Source: Eledone cirrhosa
Taxonomy: Eukaryota
Assembly (NCBI GenBank): GCA_964016885.1
Contig: OZ024742.1
Span: forward strand, 175,956,001 to 176,020,000
Length of the DNA: 64,000 nt
Reading direction: 5' to 3'
A model generated the notes under the pieces. That model worked only from the letters and a program-made list of their open reading frames with translations. It searched no databases and was not told the DNA's origin. Of the stretch, positions 37,499-52,633 are shown piece after piece. Within the stretch, counting starts at the first letter, position 1. Each line of letters opens with the position of its first letter. The position numbers were made by a program, and so were the translations under genes.

Positions 37499-37950
37499 TA
37501 TATTTCTTTATGTACCATAAAGGCATAAAAAGAAGGGACAAATACAAAGGGGGGAGTTTACATACAATCGAGTAAAAAGGGTATAACATGAAAATAATCG
37601 AAAATAACCTCAAAAGGGAGGGGACGTGATGGGGGTTGCACACACACCCGAAAAAGTGTGCAATCCTTTGCCCGGGGAGCACATGGAGAAGGTGCTCCCC
37701 TCTCCTTTACTTCTTTACCTACAGGATGGTATACAGAGAAGGCCCATTTACACGAGCCATTCTCGCCACTATCACCCACCTTTCATAAAACTGCCTGTGG
37801 CCAAGCACCTCTCTCTCCATTCTTATCCTTCTTCCGAAGTGATATCGGAAGAAGTAGACCAGACTCTGGCCAGAGAGGAAGTTGCCTGACCTCAGACCTT
37901 TCAATCGTGTCCACCAAACAACCTCTTTCAACATTGCCTTTTATAGATAA

Positions 37951-38088
<138 letters not shown>

Positions 38089-38097
38089 GTATATATA

Positions 38098-38178
<81 letters not shown>

Positions 38179-38524
38179 GTATTTATATATACATATACAG
38201 AAAAAAGGGACAGCGGTCAGAGAAGGGGGCAAGTATCCGAAGTCTAACACCTCTGCTATAAAAAGCGGAGTCAGCCAAATCTATCATAGAATAGGGGAGG
38301 GGGTGGGGGTGCTGAAGCTACAAGGGACCGAGGGGCTACCTCGGGTGGGCGAGAAAAAGATGACGACAAAGAAAAGGAACTGTGGTTGAAGGACTAGGGA
38401 GGGATGGGGGAAGGAGGAAATATAGTGGAAGCGATAAAAGAATGTAAAAGAAGATCTTACGTCTCCATTGGCAAGCAGGGGTTACCCATTACAAAATAGA
38501 CAAGTTGGGTGTTATAGCCCTAGT

Positions 38525-38985
38525 CTACCCCCCCCCACCCCTCGAGTCATTATGGGGTTTTAGGGCGAGGTAAGTCCTACGTAATCGGTGTTTACATGCA
38601 GTAACCAGTTCATCTTTCATGTTTAGGAGTTGGTCCGTCGAAAACAGCATTTGTAAAGTTTCCTCCGAGCATAAATTGCAAGGACGGCGTCCTCCCGTGT
38701 AAGAGTTGGCTCTGGACAGTAATTTCCAAGTGAGATCATAGTTGATGTTGTTGTCCTTGAGGTCCCATATGTGGCCCGAAAGTGTAGTGGCGTGACACCA
38801 GGCCGGGTTTCGGATGGTATGTCTGTGTTGGTATAGCCGGGTCTTGAAGTCACATGCGGTTAATCCTATATAAGCTTTGTTGGAGGTGTCCGTGCTCACG
38901 TTGCACTGGTAGATCTGATTACGGTCTCTGCATCTGTTGTCGAGGGGGCAACTGGATCTATCAGGACAGTTGCACCTCCTGGTCG
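38525..38985 (-). pseudogene. PLE GIY-YIG endonuclease fragment (5'-truncated PLE)
   Basis: KAYIGLTACDFKTRLYQHRH...LSGHIWDLK...WKLL...CNLCSEE. Confidence 0.9.
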
Positions 38986-39484
38986 GCTCTCCACTGCTAT
39001 TTAGTTGGTTCTTCCATCGGGGATGAGTTTTTTGTTGTTGGAGGAGACGATGTTTTTTTTATTCTTCATTATATATATAGATATATATAGATATTTTTTA
39101 AATTTATTTATCTATTCTTTTATTCACTTATTTGTTTATTTATTTATTTATGTATTTCTTTAGCCTAGCAATAGCGAGAGACTTAAGTCTTAGTAACCAG
39201 ACTTTGCTTTTTTTTTTCTCTCTCAGTACTTTTTATAGTTTTACCCTTCACTGTTCTATTTACCGTTTCGACTTCCTCCCCCTCCCCAGTATCCTCTTTG
39301 ACCTCACGCCCAGCTGTAGCCGGCACTACCAACGCATGAATGGGTCTACTCCACCCCCTCCCTCTTTATCTCCTACCGGCAGGTTTAGCTACCCCTTTCC
39401 CCACCAATTTGCCATCACAGATTTACTACTAACTTGTGATGTGACCAATCCTGGTGATTATCTCTTTGACCATATATGGAATTA

Positions 39485-39576
39485 CCCCTCGATAAGTTCG
39501 GCTATTTAAATACCAGAATAAATTTTCATTCAGTCCAGAATTAGCCGTCGAAACGGCTTGAGCTCAGCCGTCGGGG
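39485..39576 (+). ncRNA. Type I hammerhead with variant core TCGATAA (U3:A8, C4)
   Basis: cccc TCGATAA gttcggcta...tagccgtc GAA ACGGCT-tgagctc-AGCCGT C gggg. Confidence 0.6.
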
Positions 39577-39669
39577 CCTTACTTGTTCCTATTACCCACT
39601 CTACTACCCTAAGTATTGAGTACTTTGGTGCGTTATGGTCCACCTGGTTCCTTACCACATTTCCTTCGT

Positions 39670-39766
<97 letters not shown>

Positions 39767-39781
39767 GTATATATATATATG

Positions 39782-39841
<60 letters not shown>

Positions 39842-39920
39842 TTGTATTTATTTATATTGTATATATTTATATACATATATTGTATTTATTTATATTGTAT
39901 ATATATATATATATACAAAT

Positions 39921-41579
<1,659 letters not shown>

Positions 41580-41627
41580 GATATATGTATATATATATAG
41601 ATATATGTATATATATATAGATATATG

Positions 41628-41674
<47 letters not shown>

Positions 41675-41678
41675 GTAA

Positions 41679-41711
<33 letters not shown>

Positions 41712-41788
41712 GATATATGTATATATATATAGATATATGTATATATATATAGATATATGTATATATATATTTATATGTATATATATAT

Positions 41789-41839
<51 letters not shown>

Positions 41840-41939
41840 AGTATATATATATATGTATATATATAAGTAGATATATATATATGTATATATATATATATAA
41901 GTATATATATATGTATATATATATATAGATATATATATG

Positions 41940-41987
<48 letters not shown>

Positions 41988-42011
41988 AGTATATATATAT
42001 ATATATATCAT

Positions 42012-42870
42012 AAAACATGTCTATAGAATCACAAGTTAAAATATATACTATTTCCTCTCCCAATTAGCATAATTAACTATATACAAAAAATCGAATAGAC
42101 CAGGCTATATGAATGAGGCTTCAATGAAGGAATCTCCGACAAATAACCAAAACTAGCGCTTCGCGTCGGCCGTAGCGGAATATTTATCGAATATTTCGAC
42201 AGCGTAATCGCCTAGACATAGTCAACTAAGCAGAATTAGGTTTAAAATAAACTAGGAGAAAATAGAATACATTTAAATACCTCTACCATGGTTTCGATAC
42301 AAATTTTGGTTGAGATATAAATTTGGGTTGAGATACCATGGTTTTGAAACAAATTTGGCTGTATTGTGCTGTGCTTTCTAGCAAAAATGCCACCAGTCGT
42401 AAGCATCTACCACATCCCTTCCAACTTGACCGCGACTACGTCACGATTTTTAGCCATTTTGAAATTAATTCTTGGCGCGAACGCTTTGGAAAATTTAAAG
42501 TCTAGATATGAGCGAGCTTCCTGAAGAATCCGGCGCTCGAGTTTATATAATTATTACATAATTATTGGAAAACTCAAAACACGGACGAAACCATGGTAGA
42601 GGTATTTAAATGTATTCTATTTTCTCCTAGTTTATTTTAAACCTAATTCTGCTTAGTTGACTATATCTAGGCGATTACGCTGTCGAAATATTCGATAAAT
42701 ATTCCGCTACGACCGACGCGAAGCGCTAGTTTTGGTTATTTGTCGGAGATTCCTTCATAGAAGCCTCATTCGTATAGCCTGGTCTATTCGATTTTTTTAT
42801 ATAGTTAATTATGCTAATTGGGAGAGGAAATAGTATATATTTTATCTTGTGATTCTATAGACATGTTTTA
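42012..42870. mobile_element. Non-coding element with ~286-bp inverted repeats (42012-42297 and 42585-42870), probably a PLE pLTR remnant
   Basis: The arms are reverse complements with few mismatches; the hammerhead lies at the inner edge of the right arm. Confidence 0.8.
42517..42602 (+). ncRNA. Type I hammerhead (family F)
   Basis: cttc CTGAAGA atccg...gagttt...aaactc...cggac GAA ACCATGGT A gagg; palindromic stem III. Confidence 0.8.
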
Positions 42871-42946
42871 AGATATATAGCTCTGATTGTTTAATTTATT
42901 AATTTTTCATTGAGCCACAAAGTGACCAGTTGCAAAACACTTATAT

Positions 42947-42991
42947 GGATAAAGAGTAGTCTCCCTTTAAGAGGGAGACTACTCTTTATCC
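42947..42991. repeat. Perfect 20-bp hairpin
   Basis: ggataaagagtagtctccct-ttaag-agggagactactctttatcc. Confidence 0.9.
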
Positions 42992-43261
42992 ACCTAATTC
43001 TAACTCTTTAACATTAGAGATAGAACAGATACTCTATACCATTTCATGTCAGCATGACTTGGCAAGCTATTTAGAACACTGGTTTGAAAGCTTTATTTCT
43101 CTCTGAAGAAGAGATATTATCTCGAAAATTAAGTACATTTAAATAAATCTAAGGTAAAAGACTAATTGTCAACAATATCATTTGCATTTGCATTCTGTAT
43201 TCTATGTCCATACCTGCATTGTTTTGGCTTTATTATACATATACAAACGTTTAAATAAATA

Positions 43262-43300
<39 letters not shown>

Positions 43301-43337
43301 ATATATATATATGTATGTATATGTATATATATGTATG

Positions 43338-43374
<37 letters not shown>

Positions 43375-43379
43375 GTATG

Positions 43380-43417
<38 letters not shown>

Positions 43418-43422
43418 TATAT

Positions 43423-43490
<68 letters not shown>

Positions 43491-43492
<2 letters not shown>

Positions 43493-43829
43493 AGGCACAT
43501 GGCTTAGTAGTTAGAGATCTGGGCTTGCAATCGAAAGGTTGTGCGTTCAATTCTCAGACTGGGTGATGTCTTGTTTCCTTGATCAAGACACTCTATTTCA
43601 CATTGCTCCAGTTTACTCAGCTGTAGAAATGAGATGATAGGACTGGGGTCAATATCAGTCCACTGCAAAGTGGTCGTGGAGGTGCCACGGCAAAAAAGCA
43701 CCCAGCACTCACTGTAAATGAGGTTGGTGTTAGGAAGGGCATCCAGCGTTAGAAATCAAGCCAGAATCAGTTCCCGTCCCACCCTTGCAAGCAAGGAAAA
43801 GCGGACGTAAAATGAAATTAATGATGATG
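43491..43829 (+). mobile_element. tRNA-derived CORE-like SINE with RTE tail, inserted in (TA)n
   Basis: Highly similar to 12354-12686. Confidence 0.85.
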
Positions 43830-43858
43830 AAATGTATATATATATGTATATATAGATG

Positions 43859-43927
<69 letters not shown>

Positions 43928-44020
43928 ATATATATATATATATATTTATTTATATATATATATGTATATATATATGTATATATATATATATATATATGTA
44001 AATATATATGTATATATATG

Positions 44021-44051
<31 letters not shown>

Positions 44052-44100
44052 GTATATATGTAAATATATGTATATATATAGGTATATATATAAATATGTA

Positions 44101-44133
<33 letters not shown>

Positions 44134-44146
44134 TCATATATATATA

Positions 44147-45277
44147 CAGCAAACGGGGCCCTCTCAAAGGAAACACCAATAATAAGTGGGGTGCCCCAAG
44201 GGGCAGTCCTGGGACCACTGCTGTCTTTGGTGGCTCTCTCGGACATGCCCTCTGTAGTACATACAACAACATCCATCACTAGCTATTCTGATGACACTAT
44301 GGTAGCACAGGAAATTAAAAACTCGGCTGACGCTTCCCTTTTACAACAAGATCTGGATGCCATATACAAATGGGCGGAAGAAAACAACATATATATATAA
44401 ACAACAATGCTGGCAAATTTCAAGCCCTACAATACAAACCTGCAAACACAAATACAGTATAACTCAGTTACGCAGGACCAGTAGGGACCGATATCCCCAT
44501 GTCAAAATTGATACGAGACATGGGTATAGACATGAACGATGATGCATCTTTTTCCTCACACATCCTGAAAGTGGCGACAACGTACAGAATACTCACTGGC
44601 TCGATCTTGAGGACTTTCCAGACAAGAGACCGAGACACCATGTTGACTCTCTGGAGGACATTTGTCCTAAGCCACCTGGACTATTGCTTCCAGTTGTGGT
44701 CACCCCATAGTGTCAAACTAACCACGGAGCTCGAGGCAATCCAGCGAAGCTACACCAAGAGGATTGCCAAGATGAGGGAGACAAGCTACTGGGAGAGGCT
44801 AAAGGAACTGAACCTCTACTCCTTGGAGCGAAGACGGGAGAGATACGCAGTGATCTACATGTGGAAAATCCTGGAGGGACTAGCACCAAACTTTGGCATT
44901 GGGAGCTGGACCAACCATCGAACAGGATGTTACTGTGTGGTGCCAAAAGTCCCGTCTTCCACATCTAGAATAAGGAGCAAATATTGCAATAGCCTGGGAT
45001 TCAAGGGCCCTCAACTTTTCAACAAGCTGCCGAGGGATCTGAGAGATTTGCATGGTGTGGAGTTGGATGTCTTCAAGAAACATCTCAACACCTTGCTATC
45101 TAGGACCCCGGATGAGCCCACAGCAAGGCATGAGGGAAACCTAAGGGCAGCAGCAACAAACTCCCTCTTACACCAGTGGCCAACCAATACAGGTTGGAGA
45201 TAAAATTTGTAGCAACAAGGGCGGTGCCCCTGCATGGCCTCAGCTTAGGCTGGAACAGGTAAAAGAGTAAAATAGTA
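44147..45277 (+). mobile_element. 5'-truncated CR1-group LINE (RT C-terminal half), frameshifted
   Basis: [17 protein letters not shown]; ILRTFQTRD..LDYC.QLWSP..YSLERRRERY..PDEP..NSLL; related to but distinct from the 25.7-kb element. Confidence 0.9.
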
Positions 45278-46047
45278 TGTATATATATATATGTATATAT
45301 GTATATATGTATATATGTATATATATATATATATGTGTGTATGTACATATACACACACAGACACACACACACAACACATTGCAACAATCTAAGCATGTAA
45401 TGTATTTATCTTTGATTTACAGATATAATATCATAATATAAGTATTACATATGTATTACCATCTCAATGGAAGAAGATTTCATATTGTCAGAGAGACAAG
45501 AATTATAGCTTTGTTTTCCAAAGTTTTCCAAACAGTTTTCTGGTGGTGTTTTCACAAGTTTTCCTGTCAAATGCGACTTTGCTTTCTGTATATATAGAAT
45601 TATTACATCTTTCATTGTTTCTGTTTTTTTGTCTGAGATGCGGAATAATCATTATAAAGTTATATATAGAGATTAAGTTATATAAAATGAAGATGCATGG
45701 CCTAATGGTTAAGGTGTTAAACCTACGATCATGATGCTGTGGGTCCAATTCCTAGGCTAGTTTGTGTAATTTCCTGTTGCTCTAATATATTCAGCTGAAA
45801 ATAAGTCCCAGCAGTAGCTGAGGGTTCAACTCTGTGATGTACTCTCAGTTGCTTAATACCATGGAAACCAGGATAAACACTAGCCTAATGAGCCTATAGG
45901 TTTGAAACAGAATTTTGAGTTAAATACAGTGATATATAGGCTGTGGTATGCAGCATGGTTTGGGATAGAGGCCCAACTATATTTTAGGGTTGACCGATGC
46001 TTTCTCGTTGCAATTTACTCACTGTAAGCTGTAGAAACTGATGTGCA

Positions 46048-46312
46048 TGGTTGGTGAGTGTGCTTGATGAGTGTGCTTGGTGAGTGTGCCTGGTGAGTGT
46101 GCCTGGTGAGTGTGCTTGGTGAGTGCTAGGTGAGTGTGCTTGGTGAGTGTGCTTGGTGAGTGTGCTTGGTGAGCGTGCTTGGTGAGTGTGCCTGGTGAGT
46201 GTGCCTGGTGAGTGTGCTTGGTGAGTGCTAGGTGAGTGTGCTTGGTGAGTGTGCTTGGTGAGTGTGCTTGTGTGTGTGTGCTTGAGTGTGCTTGTGTGTG
46301 AGTGTGCTTGTG
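46048..46312. repeat. 13-bp minisatellite (ggtgagtgtgcyt)n
   Basis: Directly visible. Confidence 0.92.
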
Positions 46313-46804
46313 ACCTGTACCTAAGCAGGTTAAGAAAGAGAGGTAAGTACCAGACATGAAAAAAGAAAAATGAGAATGTTCAATATGATCAACTAGATAT
46401 TTTGAAGACTGTGCCTTACCATAACAACAATGTGATGACTGAAACCAAAAAAAAAAAAATACAAGAGAATCACGCTGTGCTTTCATCTTGGTTGTTAATG
46501 TCCCAAATTTGTTGCTGTTGGCTTTGTTTAGGAATTACTTGAAATTGGTAACATTTATTCAAATTCCAAAGCTATATTGTTGTCCTTCCATTGTCCATGC
46601 CAGGGATATTCTCATATTTCAACTCGATTCCTTAGAAAAGACTACAAACGTTGTGACATTGTAAGAGCATGTAGAGAAGAATCATTAAAAAAAGAACAAC
46701 ATAGAAGCATCAAAAAGATTATCTAAATGGCTATAGCTGAAGAGAAGTGACTGGTGGTGTCAGTAGTATGTATGCTACATGGGCATAGACTGAGTCTTGA
46801 TTAA

Positions 46805-47180
46805 ACTAGGTTGGGTCAACTGGATGAGGGTGTATGTTGTAAGACCTAAAACACCCTGTGACTATAAGAAACCATGAAACAACAATGATGATGTGCCCGC
46901 ATCTATATTTCGGCCAACTGGATGAGGGTGTAAGCAATAAGACCTGAAATACCCAGTGACTCAAGGATATAACATTGATGATGTGTCTAAGTATTTACAA
47001 CTGAGTTGTGTCGCCTGAATAAAGGTGCATATTATAAGACCCAAAACACCCAGTAACTCTAGGATACAACACTGATGATGTATCTAAATATTTACAACTG
47101 TAGTTGGGTCACCTGAATAAAGATGCATGCTGTAAGACCCCAAACTACCAGTGACTCCAGGATACAATACTGATGATGAG
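46805..47180 (+). repeat. Four degenerate tandem copies of a ~95-bp unit
   Basis: Recurring aactggatgagggtg..taagacc..aaacaccc.gtgact..gatgatg. Confidence 0.75.
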
Positions 47181-48149
47181 CAAGATTTTGCATCAGTGGA
47201 TGTGTGAAGAACTAGTCGTTTATGATGTTACTTTGTTGTTTTGCTTAACTTAATATCCTGTAATGATTTAGCAGGAAATGTCTAAAAATGTATCTTTACT
47301 TGTGGACAGACCGCTATGAAAAGTTGCAGTCTTAGACAAAAGAATTTATTTGGACGCCATGCTTTCTAGCATAGTTACGTCCCTTTACAGTCTGAGTTCA
47401 AATCCCGCCAAAGTTAACTTTGCCTTTCATCCTTACGGGGTCGATAAAATAAAGTACCAGTAATGTACTGGGTAATTGCTGGCCTTGTGCCTAAAGTAGA
47501 AATAATTATTTAAAGTGATGAATTCAATTTTGCTAAAAGTAATGTTGCATATGCATTATTGTTAATTTGCTACATAATTGTAATATTTAGAAAACAGATT
47601 CTCTTAAATTATATTTAAAGAAAACATTGATAAATACAATTAGTAACAAACCTTATGCATCACAATTATTTTCAAAAATAAAATTATGAATTAAATTATG
47701 GATATTCATGTTTTGTTAGTGCGTTTTGATGTATAGCAGGGTATTAAGAACTAAACTAATATATATGTATAAACAGAGCATTTGACTTAAAAAGCATTTA
47801 GAAGATTTAAAATGTGTGCATCCTAATACAAATGACCATAACAATAGTTAAGAGAATCAGTTTAAGTTCCTATGAAGATGGAAAAAGGTGGACAGGTGTG
47901 CTTGCAAGAAATTGAACCCCAACATACCTCAGATGTTGAAAAGCTGCTAGGTACTGATTCTGCCTTTTCCTTTTTTCTTTTGAGAAGATTTTAAGCCTGC
48001 ACAACAAAACGGTTGACTTAAGCATAGGGAAAATTTGAGATTTGTGCATAACCAACAAAATGACCATAATATGTGATCTTTCTAAACAATAGTTTAGAAT
48101 ATATATACTTTGTCAAAATTTAGAAGTATATTGCTTGATGCTTATGACA

Positions 48150-50290
48150 GTAAGGAAGAATAAATAGAGACATTCAATATAGAGGAACATTGGGAGTTCC
48201 TGAAAGATAATCTACTGAAGGCAACAGGTGAGATCTATGGCTGGAACATTGTTCCAGAGAGAAGAAGAGCAATTTAGTGGTGGACCAGTAAGATAGATAA
48301 GACAATTACGATCAAAAGTGAGGCGAGGAAAAAGATGGAAGAATGGAGGAAACAGGGCACATTACTTGAAAGCCAGGACGGAGGTTAGGCGACAAGTACA
48401 CTTTGCAAGTAAGGAAGCAGAAGATACAAAATTTAAGCATGTTTCACAGGGTGAAGGCCAGAGCCATGAAATATTTAGGATGCAAGGCAGTGTGTCAAAC
48501 AAAATTGTGATGTCCTTGGAGAGGTGTGTCCAAGATGATAAGGGCTCACTTGCCCTCACTGATGCTGAAAAAAAAGTAGCATCAAAGAGCCATTATGAAA
48601 GATTACTGAATGAGGAGAAAGCATGGAAGCAAGATAGTCTACCACAAGTAGACACAACAGAGTGTCTAGCCATACAAGCCAACAGCAGAATAGTAAGTCA
48701 GGCAATTAGGATATGAAGATTGGGAAAGCAGCTGGTCCATCAGGATTAATTGCTTAGATGCTGAAAGCATTTGGGGCAGTGGGTCACACTTTAACCACAT
48801 GTATTGTAAACCAGGTAATACTAAATGGTGCCAAAACTGAATGATTGGCATAGCAGTATCATTGCCAGCTGCTTCAACAGTAAAGGAGATGCACTAGATA
48901 GAGAAAACTATAGAGGGATCAAGTTGATGGACAAGGTCCTGAAGTTCACAGGAAGAGTGATAGCATATCTTATTAGGGACTAGGCTAACCTAAATGAGTT
49001 GCAGTTCAGATTTGTGCCAGGTAAAGATACCACTGATGCCCTCTTCCTTGTGAAGCAAGTACAGAAGTACTTAGCTAAAAGTAAGCTCCTCTACCTGGCA
49101 TTTGTTGACCTGGAGAAAGCTTTTGACAGAGATTCCCATGCCATAATCTGTTAGAATCTAAGAAAACTAAGAGTAGATGAGTAGCTTGTGAAGTCTTTAC
49201 AAGTCATGTATAGAGGAGCACTCAGCAAAATTAAGATTAACAATGACTATAGTGAAGAATTTATGCTGGTAGGTGTCCACCAGAGCTCTCTTCTTAGCTC
49301 TCTCTTGTTTAGTATCATCCTAAAAGCTATAGCAGAGGATTTTAAGACTTACTGCCCATGGGAACTTAAGTATGCAGATGATCTAACGCATAGCTGAATT
49401 TATGACAGAATCAGAGAAGAAATTCAAAATCTTGAAGACAGGCCTAGAATCAAAGACTAAGGTCCTACTAAGTAGAGGGGAAAACAGGACCCTGATTCCT
49501 TCAGAAAAATGGTCTTGCTCAGTATGCAAGAAAGGCATAGGTAGAAATTCCATCTGTCCGAAATGCAAACTATGGCTACGCAAGAGATTTAGTGGGATCT
49601 CAGGTAGGTTAGCTAAGAATGTATGTTTTATATATGGCCATTATGCAGGAATAGTAAGCAGCCAATGCCCACAGGCTGTATTAAATTCTTGGATGGTTCC
49701 ATAAAACAGTGGACAGCTTTTGCTAGCTGTTTGACGAAATGAGCAGTGGAGGTGGGTGTTCCAAAAGTACAGTAGCCAAAATGAGAACAGGATAGAAAAT
49801 GGAGCTACTATCATTGCTAGCTATGAAAGGTTTTTCCCCTCAAAACGAAGGGCTGATCGTATAATGTATGTATATGAACAGCAATGCTGCATGGTAGCAA
49901 TGCCTGGGTGTTGTGTGCAGAGGACTTGCATAGATTGGAAAGAAATGAAGATTGAATGTTTCAATGAATGTCATATGAACGGCAAAGCATAAATGAACTG
50001 AGAGAGAAACTGGGTATAAGAAGGACCAGATGCAGTGTACAGGAGAGGGGATTGCACTGGTATGAACATGTGATGCATATGAAGGATGGCAGCTGCATAA
50101 ACGCTTGCAGAGTGCTCAATGCTGATAGAAGCTATAGAGTAGGAAGAACTATGAAGACTTGGGATGAGGTGATAAAAGCTGATCTTACACAATTGCACCT
50201 CTAAAACACAATGACACATGACCGAGATCTCTGGAATTATGCAGTAATACAGAAGACCTAACTTCCCCCATGCATGGGTTAAAGCATACA
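48150..50290 (+). mobile_element. Decayed RTE LINE (same family as 7697-9445); 3' UTR continues at ~51100-51472
   Basis: NYRGIKLM, AFVDLEKAFD, GVHQSSLLSSLLF, ELKYADDL, GRTMKTWDEVIKADL; many stops. Confidence 0.9.
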
Positions 50291-51097
50291 TACAATAAAT
50301 ACGCCCTCCACGGTACTAATATCAAGAAGTCTTCTTGTGAACGTGACTTAGGCATTACGGTCAGCAGCGATTTGCGTTGGACGAAGCACGTCTCTAAAAT
50401 TGTGAAGAGGGCCGAGGGTGTCTTAGCATCACTCATCAAGACCTTTGTCAGCCGTTCTCCACCCACTCACCAGCTATTTATTTAAGGCTGTACATGGCTA
50501 TGGTGCGGCCACACTTAGAATTTGCATCACTAGTCTGGAACCCCTATCTTGCTCAGAACATTGACCGCCTGGAAACTGTTCAGAGACGTGCAACCAAGCA
50601 AATTTCCCTCCCTCAGGCATCTACCATACTCTGAACGCCTTGCTACCCTGGGCATGGATACATTGAAGCTCCGACGCCTGGCAACTTACTTGGTAAACAC
50701 CCACAAAATTGTTAACCATCTTGCCAACAACAACCCTGAGTACCTTTTTGATTTTCATGTGTCTAACACACGTGGACATGTCCACAAAGTCAACAAACAG
50801 CACAGTTCCCATGACTTTCGGAAACATTTTTTCATGCTCAGAGTTGCTGAAGCATGGAACAAACTACCTGCATGAGTTGTTAGCTGTCGAGACACTGCAT
50901 CCTTTAAAACGTCCATGCTTCCTGAGATTCACCAACACTACACCTAATGTTCCCCCTCCATACCCATACACACGTATATAATGACTCATACACTATTCAC
51001 TTCCCTGACATTTGTGTATTATTCTATGTACTATACATGCACCTTTGACGAGTTGTAGTGCACCTGAGCACTTTACACAATAATTTCATTATTATTA
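50290..51097 (+). mobile_element. CR1-type LINE 3' fragment nested in the RTE 3' UTR
   Basis: ERDLGITVSSDL, VRPHLEFA..VWNP, TRGH..FF..RV..WN.LP; (ATT)n tail. Confidence 0.88.
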
Positions 51098-52439
51098 ATA
51101 TGAACCTTCACTTTCCATGTTTTAACAACCCATCCACGTCCCCACATCTACTTCCCCAATCCCCATACATCTCACCCAGCCCACACTGTAAAGTCAACAT
51201 TTTGGTGCCACAACAAAATGCATCCAACCAACACTGTAAAGTTGTCATGTAGGTGTCACAACGAAAAGTGCCTAACCACTCTGTAATGTTTTCATGTTGG
51301 TGATATGACAAAACGTATCCAGTACATTCTGTAAATGTGTGTGTAATGTAGAAACCAAGCCACATCTGTATGAGCAAGAGAGTGACCTGATCTGCTTGTC
51401 TCACAACAGGACAACTTGTTTAACCCATGCTAGAGTGGAAAACTAGACATTAAACGGTGATGATGGTGATGACACTAGATGGAAAATGTAGAAGCCAATT
51501 GGATCTGTGTCCTGCATCTTAGCTGTTGTTAATACAAGTTCCGGATTTGAAAATAAAAATAAAAAAAGAACTAAAGGTCGATATAATTGACTAAATTCCT
51601 CAAAGATGAAACCAATAAAAGATTAAATGAATATAAGAATTAATTTGATAGTAAAAAGATGACTTCTAAATGTCAACATTGAAGATGTTTATCAAGAACA
51701 TGGATTATGTTTATTAATGGGAATAATGTATAGACTATTGAGAATGAAGGGTAGCACCAATGAAAGGAAACTGGGTAGACACAAAGTAATAGACTTTACA
51801 TTATATTTAGTAGTAGAAATCTATTGTGTAATCTATTCTATTAAATATAATTTTCTTGCCATTATTTTCTGATACATCAAAACAACCACATCAGTAGTTG
51901 AATAGTTGCTTTGACTAGAGATGATAATTGGAAAGAAGGACTCTTTTCATAGAACTGCAACAGTGGAAAAAAGTCTATATCTTCAGTGTAGAAGAATTGT
52001 ACTAATATAATTAATTAATCATCAGACTTATTGGAACGATATTATATCAAGCAATTCAGAGATATAATACTTGAATCAATGTTTACAACACTAGATTAGC
52101 TTACTTGAAAACACAAGACAATGCTAGTGAAATAAAAAAAGAAATGAAGCAATCATTATGGTATTATTTCAAAAACTAACTTCACAGTTTTCTTAAGTGG
52201 GAAGATCAAATATATGATTATATTCTTTTAATTGTTGATAAAAGATATACTTGTTAGTGGGCAGAATGTAATGATCATAGCAGAGAAAAACAAATATGAT
52301 ACACTTATTTTTTAAGTAGATAATGTAACAGTCTGCTGTTGAAGAATAACTCAAAAATAGATTCAATGATTTTAAGAAAGTTATGATCAGATGATTTCAG
52401 GGAATAATTTAGCATCAAAATAATGTAGCAACTTAATCA

Positions 52440-52591
52440 GAAAAATCTAAATCCTCTTACACACACCTGATGATTTCTCCCAAATAAAACAGTTCCCGTC
52501 CTGTAGAAGCCATTTCTTTAAGAAATATTTATACCCTGCTATGTATTGAGTACCTTACTTACTGTGGTTACCCTCGATTGAACCTGGGATA

Positions 52592-52595
<4 letters not shown>
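52440..52595 (+). mobile_element. Degenerate copy of the family A pLTR (hammerhead GAAA mutated to AAAA)
   Basis: cctgatgatttct...aaaacagttcccgtcctgtagaa...tgtattgagtaccttact..ctgtggttacc, homologous to 30295-30423; ends in (TA)n. Confidence 0.75.

Positions 52596-52633
<38 letters not shown>

Noticed and set aside
37769-37845. Possible hammerhead on - with CGGAAGA core (tatcactt/gggtgata stem I)
   Set aside because: Only 3 nt lie between GAAA and stem I, leaving no valid stem III or NUH site; at best a deleted remnant.
46730-47200. CTGATGA/CTGAAGA hits at ~46737, 47072 and 47170 (also 16845, 44288)
   Set aside because: No downstream stem II-GAAA-stem III-UH arrangement.
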